Below, piece after piece: positions 52,259-59,119 of a DNA stretch of 59,119 nucleotides; positions within the stretch are counted from its first letter, which is position 1, and the number at the start of each line of letters is the position of its first letter. A program made the translations under genes and the position numbers. The stretch is from contig CAYIEN010000004.1 of NCBI GenBank assembly GCA_964362535.1, positions 3,571-62,689 on the forward strand, read 5' to 3'. Origin of the DNA: an uncultured Methanosarcinales archaeon. Lineage in GTDB: Archaea > Nanobdellota > Nanobdellia > Woesearchaeales > ARS49. The notes under the pieces were generated by a model. It was given only the letters and a program-made list of their open reading frames with translations. It did no database searches and was not told the DNA's origin.

Positions 52259-52450
52259 ATGTTTGAACTTCCGCAAAAACCGACAAGAATCCGCACTGAG
52301 TCCGAAGATAAGAAGGAAGGCGCGTGTCCGAAGTGTTCTGGTAGAATGACGAAGAACTTTGCATCAATCTCAGGTAATGCAAAGTACATTAACTGGCTGT
52401 GCGAAGGTTGCGGTCACAAAGAAACGAAGTGCTTGGGCGTTCTGAAGTAG
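52259..52450 (+). CDS. Small zinc-ribbon protein
   Basis: CPKC...CEGC. Confidence 0.7.
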   Translation: MFELPQKPTRIRTESEDKKEGACPKCSGRMTKNFASISGNAKYINWLCEGCGHKETKCLGVLK

Positions 52451-52489
52451 TTCCAAACCTTTAAATACAAACTTTCTCTTAATTTAGTC

Positions 52490-53653
52490 ATGTCTGTCTA
52501 TCCTCCTCGTGAAGATTCTCATTTGTTAGCTGACCAAGTCAGAAAGTACGCGAAAGGAATTGTATTGGATATGGGCACGGGAACAGGAATCCAGGCAGAA
52601 GCCGCGTTGGAAAAGCCTGAAGTGGAGCAAGTTTATGCGGTTGACAAAAACCCGAAAGCCATAGCTCATTGCAAAAAGACCATCAAGAAAAGAAAGTTGG
52701 TCTGTCTCAAAAGCGATTTGTTTGCGGCGTTTAAGGGTAAATTAAGCAAGTTGCAGTTTGACACCATCGTGTTCAACCCGCCATACTTGCCTGCGGATGG
52801 CCACAAGCCAGATATGGCGTTGATTGGCGGCAAGAAGGGGTATGAGGTCATTCAGCGATTTTTAGACCAGGCTCCGAAACATCTCAAGCCTGACGGCTGC
52901 ATTCTCTTGCTCTTTTCGAACCTCACCCACCGACAAAAAGTCGAAGAATTCATCCTCTACAACGGTTTGGATTTCAAGCAATTAGCAAGCGCAAGAATGT
53001 TTTTCGAGGAATTGTTTGTGTACCTCATCACGAAAAACGAAGCCGCGAAAAAGCTCGAGCCGAAGGGGTTCAAAAACATTCATTACTTTGATGACGGAAA
53101 TAGAGGCATCATTTACACAGCTAATTACAAGGGAACAAAGGTTGCTATCAAGCTCAAAAAGCCGAATTCGGAAGCGGTTGGAAGAATGCGTAATGAAGGA
53201 AAGACGCTTGAGCTCGTGAACAAGAAGGGCATGGGTCCGAAGTTGGTGGAAGCCAAGCCGGATTATGTCGCGTACGAATTTGTGGAAGGAGAATACTTGA
53301 AAAATTGGCTTCCGAAAGCGCCAAAAGCAAAAGTAAAACCGCTACTCAAAGACTTATTCGAGCAGGCATTTACGCTCGACCAGATGAACATCACAAAGGA
53401 AGAGATGCACCGCCCATTGAAGAACGCCATCGTGACGAAAAAGAACAAAGTCGTGATGATTGACTGGGAGCGTTCTCACCCGAGCAAAAAGCCGCACAAC
53501 GTGACGCAACTCTGCCAGTTCATCATGGTGTGGAAAGAGACATTAAAAAAGAAAGGCATCAAAATAACGGACAAACAGCTCATCGAAGCCGCACGAGCTT
53601 ACAAGACGAATCCAGGTCACAACTCTTTTAAAGCGATACTCAGTCTTTTGTAG
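52490..53653 (+). CDS. HemK2/Mtq2-type N5-glutamine methyltransferase fused to an atypical (Bud32/RIO-like) kinase domain
   Basis: VYPPREDS.LL, LDMGTGTG, FNPPY, GG..G; then GNRG..Y, VAIK, NE...L, YEFVEG, HRP.KN, MIDWE. Confidence 0.85.
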   Translation: MSVYPPREDSHLLADQVRKYAKGIVLDMGTGTGIQAEAALEKPEVEQVYAVDKNPKAIAHCKKTIKKRKLVCLKSDLFAAFKGKLSKLQFDTIVFNPPYLPADGHKPDMALIGGKKGYEVIQRFLDQAPKHLKPDGCILLLFSNLTHRQKVEEFILYNGLDFKQLASARMFFEELFVYLITKNEAAKKLEPKGFKNIHYFDDGNRGIIYTANYKGTKVAIKLKKPNSEAVGRMRNEGKTLELVNKKGMGPKLVEAKPDYVAYEFVEGEYLKNWLPKAPKAKVKPLLKDLFEQAFTLDQMNITKEEMHRPLKNAIVTKKNKVVMIDWERSHPSKKPHNVTQLCQFIMVWKETLKKKGIKITDKQLIEAARAYKTNPGHNSFKAILSLL

Positions 53654-53654
53654 T

Positions 53655-54764
53655 GTGGCACCTGAATTGAGCCCTGAAGATAAATTGGCAGCTGAAACGA
53701 AGTACAGCTCGCTTCTTGAACACCTTGATGTGTTTCATAATCTCGACCGAAAACTTGGTCGTATGTATGCCGTGCTGGATTCTCAGGGAATGCTTCGTTG
53801 CGCGAGCAAAGACCTGTGCGGCGTTTTAGGGGTGTCGCAGAAAGAGGCTGTGAGGCCGTTGCGTGAGTTTCTCAGCACTGATTTTTATGAGGAAGGTCTG
53901 CGTCATGTTGCGTTCTGGGCGGACCGTTCAAAAAATGTTAAACCTGACGATATTCCGAAAGAGCGGGCGATTCTTGAAAAGGAATACGCGCGCATGAAGC
54001 AAAAATTCAGTATTGAGCGCAGACTGACTGAGTTTGCGAAGATGCAGAAGACGTTCAAGGACGTGCGCGCGCAGGAGTTCGAGTTTCCCTACCAGCTTCG
54101 TCTCAAAGGAAAAGCGCCGTTCAATGTGGATGTGACCGCGACGATGGTAAAGGATGCGCGTCGCGAGTATACCGGAACGATTTTGGCATTCGCGCCGTAC
54201 AAAGAAAAAACACCATGGTACAAGAGAGTGTGGAACAAATTCATGGATTTCGAAACGTATACGGTGACGGATGAGGAATTATTGGTTGTCCGGTCGTTGG
54301 AGAGCGTTACGGACGCGGAAGCGTACATGAATCGTGTGTTTACGCATATGAACACGCAATTGTTAGCGCGCCACACGAAACAGTCGACGAAGAAGCTCGT
54401 GATTAATCTGCGCGATGTCCCTGAAACGGTGAAGACTGATTACGTGAAGATGCTGTTTAACTTTGTGGGTGAGTTCAGTGCGCAGGACTTGATTATTGGC
54501 AATCCAAATTCTACAGTGCATGCGGCAATAAAGAAGTATGTGAGTCCTGTCCCGCTCGTGAGATCGTTGCTGTACCGGTATCAGGGAACGCAGTCGATTC
54601 CTGAGCTTGAGCAGTTTATTGAAGGCGCAATCTCCGATTTGCGCGTTCGAAGTCATGATGCCAACATCATTCCAAACGCAAGTGTACAGCCTGACGTCAA
54701 GAATTCCGAAAGGGAAAGTCTCGACATACTTGCTGATTTCGAACGCCCTGAACAGCAGTCCTAG
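53655..54764 (+). CDS. Putative PAS/PAC plus STAS-like sensor protein
   Basis: YAVLDSQG.L...SKDLC.VLG.S..E (PAS start); LR.KG...F.VDVTAT.VKD...EYTG (PAC); KLVINL.DV...LII.NPN..V (STAS). Confidence 0.5.
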   Translation: MAPELSPEDKLAAETKYSSLLEHLDVFHNLDRKLGRMYAVLDSQGMLRCASKDLCGVLGVSQKEAVRPLREFLSTDFYEEGLRHVAFWADRSKNVKPDDIPKERAILEKEYARMKQKFSIERRLTEFAKMQKTFKDVRAQEFEFPYQLRLKGKAPFNVDVTATMVKDARREYTGTILAFAPYKEKTPWYKRVWNKFMDFETYTVTDEELLVVRSLESVTDAEAYMNRVFTHMNTQLLARHTKQSTKKLVINLRDVPETVKTDYVKMLFNFVGEFSAQDLIIGNPNSTVHAAIKKYVSPVPLVRSLLYRYQGTQSIPELEQFIEGAISDLRVRSHDANIIPNASVQPDVKNSERESLDILADFERPEQQS

Positions 54765-54972
54765 AGCCGTTGGACAGGCGTTAAAATGCAATCCGTTCGC
54801 TCCGACTGTTCCTTGTCATAGAGTTGTCAAATCAGATGGTTCTTTAGGTGGTTTTATGGGGCAAACAAAAGGGCAAGAGATTGAAAAGAAAAGGAAGTTG
54901 TTGAAGGGAGAGGGGATTGTTGTTGAGCGCGCAGTAATCAAGGATTTTGCGACAAAACTGTTTGAGTTCTAA
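54655..54972 (+). CDS. ogt: O6-alkylguanine DNA alkyltransferase (MGMT family, C-terminal domain only)
   Basis: IPKGKVSTY, RAVGQAL..NP, VPCHRVV.SDG.LGGF, LL.GEG. Confidence 0.93.
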   Translation: MMPTSFQTQVYSLTSRIPKGKVSTYLLISNALNSSPRAVGQALKCNPFAPTVPCHRVVKSDGSLGGFMGQTKGQEIEKKRKLLKGEGIVVERAVIKDFATKLFEF

Positions 54973-54982
54973 TGCGGTGAGG

Positions 54983-55828
54983 TTATCTTCCTGAAAGAAG
55001 TCGTGCGGATAAGCTTTCTGCCCAGCCCGTGCCGATGTCCCAGAGCGCTTTGCGCGTGCGTTCAATATCATAGGGGATGGTGCGGTAGAGCACTTCGCGG
55101 GTGTCCGTATCGTAAATGACGTAGCATGCGTCGGCGATGTTGTCGCGTGGCTGTCCGACGCTGCCGACGTTGATGAGTGCGCTTTTGTTCGGGAGTAGTA
55201 TTTTTTTGTCGCGTGAACCGTTGAATGCGAGGCTGTTGGGGAACACGTCATGTTCTTGGTGTGCAAATGGAACGTGGCTGTGGCCGAAGAACGCGAGGGT
55301 TGCTGGCGGCAAAATGGTGTATGCGAACGCGGCATCTGCAGGTTCACTTAAATAATACCAGTCGTGGCCGAGAACAGACACGTATTCGTCAGGAAGGATG
55401 AATCCATTGTCGTCCAACACAGGAGTGTCAGCGTAGGAGTATGGTGCGGCGTGCATGTATTGGGTGCCAGGCAGGAATGTTTTCAGGGGGAGGTTGCGCA
55501 GGAATGTTTCAGATCCCGCGAGTGTTTTTGCGGACCATATTGCGGAGTGGCGTGCAACGTCATTGAATCGGTAGGCGAGTGTTTGGTGTTCGGGGATGAA
55601 TGTTTTGAGGGAATCGACTTGTTGAATGACTGCTTGGTCGTGGTTGCCAAGAATAGTGGTGTGACCGGTGCTTTCTGCGAGTGCGCAGGTTTCTTTCGGG
55701 AACGGTCCGTAGCCGACGATGTCTCCGAGGTTGTAACAGGCATCAACGTTTTGTTTTTTGATATCTTCAAGAACTGCTTCGTAAGCGGGAAGGTTGGCGT
55801 GGATATCGGAATAGACAGCTATTCTCAT
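54983..55828 (-). CDS. Calcineurin-like metallophosphoesterase (PPP/ApaH-like)
   Basis: SDIHAN..A, LGDIVGYGP, GNHD, HA.P, GHSHVP, NVGSVGQPRD. Confidence 0.93.
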   Translation of the reverse strand: MRIAVYSDIHANLPAYEAVLEDIKKQNVDACYNLGDIVGYGPFPKETCALAESTGHTTILGNHDQAVIQQVDSLKTFIPEHQTLAYRFNDVARHSAIWSAKTLAGSETFLRNLPLKTFLPGTQYMHAAPYSYADTPVLDDNGFILPDEYVSVLGHDWYYLSEPADAAFAYTILPPATLAFFGHSHVPFAHQEHDVFPNSLAFNGSRDKKILLPNKSALINVGSVGQPRDNIADACYVIYDTDTREVLYRTIPYDIERTRKALWDIGTGWAESLSARLLSGR

Positions 55829-55860
55829 TGTGCACCGAACTCACCTCTTCGGAAGCTTAT

Positions 55861-56280
55861 TTACTTTCTCGGTCTGGAACCGTTGTAATCGTTTGAGTGG
55901 TACGGCGCGTTCAACGCGTCTTGAAACTTGTTTGGGTTTTCTCGCGGAAACAATTGCTGGTTGGAATAGGTTGATTGGAGTGAAGAGTCAGGTCCTGAGG
56001 GCTGGTGCTTGAAATTCCACGCGCATCCTGATGCAAGTACAGACGTGCCGAGGATTGCTGTTTGAATGATTTGTTTAAGGTTCATGTTAATTAGGGGATA
56101 AGTGCGTATCGACCCATCGTCTTCTCTGTGCATCATTTGCCCGTCTTCCTCAAGAGTTCGGTCAAAATCCTCAGTTGAAGAACTTGCGGCAGTAAGCGAG
56201 CAGGTACGCATACGTTGCGCCTCAACATCGGGACGTGACATGTAGATAGAGATACTTTCGGAAATATTTTGTGGTGTCAT
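55861..56280 (-). CDS. Hypothetical protein with shared N-terminal leader
   Basis: MTPQNISESISIYMSRPDVE; SD GAGGTGA. Confidence 0.55.
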   Translation of the reverse strand: MTPQNISESISIYMSRPDVEAQRMRTCSLTAASSSTEDFDRTLEEDGQMMHREDDGSIRTYPLINMNLKQIIQTAILGTSVLASGCAWNFKHQPSGPDSSLQSTYSNQQLFPRENPNKFQDALNAPYHSNDYNGSRPRK

Positions 56281-56535
56281 TGTGTTCCTTCATCACCTCT
56301 CGTTCTTGCTACTGTAATTGATTAATAATTATCAGTGTAAATAATCTATCCAATCATACCCGTTCTCAATAGGCCTTATGCCCGTACGGGTTTCTTCGAT
56401 TTGTGTCGGTTTACTTTCTTCAAGTTTTGTACGCGCTTGCTGAAGAACTAATTCAAGTTTAACTTCAGGACGAGACATATATACGCAGATTTTTTCGGAA
56501 ATAGTTTGGTGTGTCATTGTGTTCCTTCACCACCT
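56224..56535 (-). repeat. 75-bp tandem duplication of SD plus first ~19 codons
   Basis: 56224-56298 versus 56461-56535, about 61/75 identical, gapless. Confidence 0.85.
56332..56517 (-). CDS. 61-aa small protein with shared N-terminal leader
   Basis: MTHQTISEKICVYMSRPEVK. Confidence 0.6.
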   Translation of the reverse strand: MTHQTISEKICVYMSRPEVKLELVLQQARTKLEESKPTQIEETRTGIRPIENGYDWIDYLH

Positions 56536-56559
56536 TTTCTTTTTGATTTTAATTAACTA

Positions 56560-56946
56560 TTAACCATGTACGTCAAAATGTCCAGGATCTTCGTAGCTTT
56601 GAGGTCGTGTTTCTTCAATGCGCACAGTAGTTGCTTTCAAATACGCAGGGAGGATAGAGATGCCTTGCTCAGTAACACTGACAAGACCGAGTTTTTCAAA
56701 CGCAATAATGTGCTCACCATACCTCGTCATATTTTGAATTGCTGGGTTGGAATTCAACCTTTGGTCAAGTTCTTTAACGTTGACGGGTTGTTCTGCACGT
56801 GCAATATCTTCCAATAAGGTAATTTGGTTAAACTTGAGAATAATTATCTTGCTGTCAGGGAGTTGAAGCGTAGCTTTGCACTCAGGATATCTATTCAAGA
56901 AAGTATCAGCGAGAATTGACGTTAGTTTGCTCGATTGTGATGTCAT
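56560..56946 (-). CDS. Hypothetical protein, possibly winged-helix-like
   Basis: SD GAGGTGG; FEKLGLV motif. Confidence 0.55.
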   Translation of the reverse strand: MTSQSSKLTSILADTFLNRYPECKATLQLPDSKIIILKFNQITLLEDIARAEQPVNVKELDQRLNSNPAIQNMTRYGEHIIAFEKLGLVSVTEQGISILPAYLKATTVRIEETRPQSYEDPGHFDVHG

Positions 56947-56979
56947 ATTGTGTCCACCACCTCTCGTTTTTACAGAAAT

Positions 56980-57903
56980 TTATTTCTTCGGTTTCTTGGT
57001 TTTCTTGATTTCTCTTTCGAGCTTTAATTTTTCGAGGAGTTCTTTGTATCTGTTTCGGATGGTGACTTCAGTAACGCCTGCAACATCGGCAACTTCTCGT
57101 TGCGTTCGCTTTTCGCCGTGAATCAATGCAGAAACATACAGTGCTGCGGCAGCGATGCCCGTCGGTCCGCGGCCAGAGGTTAATTCTTCTTCCTGTGCTG
57201 ATTGCAAAATATCAACTGCTTTGGATTGTGTTTCAGGCGACAATTTGAGCGATGAGGCGAATCGTGCAATGTAGTCTGCAGGGTTCGAAGGCAAGATAGA
57301 GATGCCGAGCTCGCGCGTTACGAAGCGGTAGGTGCGTCCGATTTCTTTCTTCTCAATACCAGAAGCCTCAGACAGTTCGTCGAGCGTACGGGGCACTTCG
57401 TGGCGTCTGCAGGCAGCATACAATGCGCCAGAGACGACGCTTTCCATTGAGCGTCCGCGGACTAATCCGCGTTGGACTGCTTGGGTGTAAATCATTGCTG
57501 CTTCTTCTTCAACGGATTTGGGCAGCTTCAAATAGGATGAGACTCGCTTTAATTCAGCAAGAGCTAATTTCAAGTTTCGTTCAATTGCAGTGCTGATTCT
57601 GTATTGCCATTTTCGGAGGCGGAAGAATTTGTTTCTATCCTTGGCTCCTAATGAGAGTAAGTCTGCTTTTTGTCCGACTTCGGTGCCAAGTCCTTGGTCG
57701 AACTGCGTATACGTCATCGGTGCGCCAGTTCGTCTTCGAGAATCGCCTTCACCGGAGTCAGAATCAAATTCGCGCCATTCTTGGCCAAACTCAACCATCT
57801 TGTCTTCAACGACAAGTCCGCAGTCTTTGCAGATAATCTCGCCCTTCTCGCGGTTCATGAATAAGTTGATACCGCTGCATTCAGGACACTTTTTGACGTA
57901 CAT
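56980..57903 (-). CDS. tfb: Transcription initiation factor IIB
   Basis: CPEC..CKDCG Zn ribbon, EWREF, RGRS.E...AA.Y.ACR, GRGPTG.AAAALY, TQREVA...GVTEVTIRNRYKE. Confidence 0.98.
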   Translation of the reverse strand: MYVKKCPECSGINLFMNREKGEIICKDCGLVVEDKMVEFGQEWREFDSDSGEGDSRRRTGAPMTYTQFDQGLGTEVGQKADLLSLGAKDRNKFFRLRKWQYRISTAIERNLKLALAELKRVSSYLKLPKSVEEEAAMIYTQAVQRGLVRGRSMESVVSGALYAACRRHEVPRTLDELSEASGIEKKEIGRTYRFVTRELGISILPSNPADYIARFASSLKLSPETQSKAVDILQSAQEEELTSGRGPTGIAAAALYVSALIHGEKRTQREVADVAGVTEVTIRNRYKELLEKLKLEREIKKTKKPKK

Positions 57904-58201
57904 TTTGTGGTCTCCGTTAAAAAACTAATTTCCCCCAAAATCCCCAGTTCTCTCGCGAAAATCGTGTATGTTACAACACAATTAATCTTATATATAGTGC
58001 GTTTGAAGTAGTATTTAAACTTTGTGGTCTTCACCGAGAATAACTGCCTTTCTTTATATACACTACTCAGTATTTGAAGGTTGCGGTTCTTTTATTTCTA
58101 TATGGAGAATAAGACAACTATGACCTTTCAGTCACCAAGGTTTATATTCGCACCTATCATAATAGGGTTGTAAACACACAAAAGGCGACATGCAGAACGA
58201 G

Positions 58202-58295
58202 AAAATTCTTACAGAATTTTACTGGTTCTAACCGTCAGGGATACGTCCTTGCGATAATAAATCGTTAGCGTGCACTGCACGTTGGTATTCTTGAC
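58202..58295 (+). promoter_or_regulatory. Structured leader or candidate ncRNA upstream of the 58320 ORF
   Basis: AAAATTCT/AGAATTTT hairpin; 11-bp closing stem 58234-58244/58285-58295 around two inner hairpins. Confidence 0.4.
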
Positions 58296-58319
58296 AAACA
58301 AACAGTAGAGGAATCGAAA

Positions 58320-58718
58320 ATGGAAGAAAATAAAGTATATCAGGGAAGTTTGGAAGACCGTTGCAAAACGGCGAGTAAATTGATTCGGGATGATCCGATG
58401 GCAGCAGTCATGTATTTGGCAAATCTGCCGTCAGAAAATCTGAAAGACCTGAAGCCAGCATACCTTGCACTCAAGGAATCGCTCGAGTCCCGTTACGCTC
58501 GCGGCCAGGCAGAACATCCTGACGAAGCAAAAGCATACATGACAAGCTGTTTGCTCGAATACGTAAACCAAAAACTGGCAGAATTCGACGGCAAAGATAA
58601 GCAGAAGATGCCGAACGCTGGGTCTGAAAAGCTGTATCGTGGACCACCTGAACTCGGAAAGCAATACAAAGGCAAACTTGAAGAAAAAAAGCCTTACTCC
58701 GGAAAGAAAACGGCTTAA
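58320..58718 (+). CDS. Hypothetical protein
   Basis: 132 aa; SD AGAGGA. Confidence 0.6.
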   Translation: MEENKVYQGSLEDRCKTASKLIRDDPMAAVMYLANLPSENLKDLKPAYLALKESLESRYARGQAEHPDEAKAYMTSCLLEYVNQKLAEFDGKDKQKMPNAGSEKLYRGPPELGKQYKGKLEEKKPYSGKKTA

Positions 58719-59065
58719 GTTAAGTCGGAAATATCTGGAATAGTGGTAGTTTTGTTCGGCACATCAGGAAAGTCTTTTTGTAAAAGGTCTGTTGCTTTTT
58801 TGATGGCGCGAAACTGGTCTTTATCAGAGGGACCGCAATAGACCTGAATGCGGACGTTTGCTGTTTTGACTGCTTCCGGAAGTTCTGTTCCGCGCTGCAG
58901 AATAAGATAAAATGGTTTGTCTAGTTTTTTTGCGTATTCAATCTGAGCGATAAGAGAAGGGTTATTCGGGTCGTCTTTGGTGATGATGCAGATGAATCCT
59001 GCAGAAGATTTGATGCGCTCATATGCCTGTGACAATACAATATTCACAAGATGATCATCAGTCAT
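58715..59065 (-). CDS. TIR / nucleoside-deoxyribosyltransferase-like flavodoxin-fold protein
   Basis: IKSSAGFICIIT.D...P....QIEYA..LDKP.Y.I; start MTDDH at 59065 fits the TATA near 59090. Confidence 0.45.
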   Translation of the reverse strand: MTDDHLVNIVLSQAYERIKSSAGFICIITKDDPNNPSLIAQIEYAKKLDKPFYLILQRGTELPEAVKTANVRIQVYCGPSDKDQFRAIKKATDLLQKDFPDVPNKTTTIPDISDLT

Positions 59066-59119
59066 AAAAGAGGGAAAATGGCGAACGTTTAAAAACACTT
59101 AGGTGTAACAAGAGATAGA

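Noticed and set aside
1-59119. CRISPR array, rRNA, integrase or transposase
   Set aside because: No regularly spaced repeats, rRNA signatures or recombinase/DDE/HUH motifs seen

Overview
Archaeal chromosomal window, most consistent with a DPANN (Woesearchaeota-like) genome. The lineage call is inferred from TFB, aIF2-gamma, SRP54, Dph6, ZPR1, a BHB-intron tRNA-Leu(UAA), TATA boxes about 22-25 nt upstream of many start codons, and lineage-typical hypotheticals. Housekeeping genes (MetRS, class II LysRS, ArgRS, IleRS, DEAD-box helicase, FtsZ, dUTPase, PMM/PGM, RimK, HemK-kinase fusion) are interleaved with accessory or bacterial/phage-like genes (T4 endonuclease V, AlaE, HldE kinase, Imm5-like, M23-like lipoprotein). 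No rRNA, CRISPR array, transposase or integrase was seen. The best candidates for undescribed biology are five. (1) A translationally coupled 4-gene minus-strand operon (3559-9936): LDH/MDH-fold plus propeller fusion, Hanks Ser/Thr kinase, TPR-TM-coiled-coil-TPR protein and propeller lipoprotein, divergent from a TrmB regulator with a palindromic operator. (2) A 5-gene operon (14889-18472): small coiled-coil, HExxH peptidase, tandem nucleotidyltransferase-HEPN, Cys-tailed peptide and CBS protein. (3) A structured intergenic repeat of about 112-145 bp, present twice in inverted orientation with compensatory changes. (4) Several structured leaders or ncRNA candidates. (5) Signalling fusions unexpected in a DPANN archaeon (PAS-STAS, receiver-like plus guanylate kinase, TIR-like), and several microproteins missing from the ORF track. 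All family calls are by motif recognition, with no database search.
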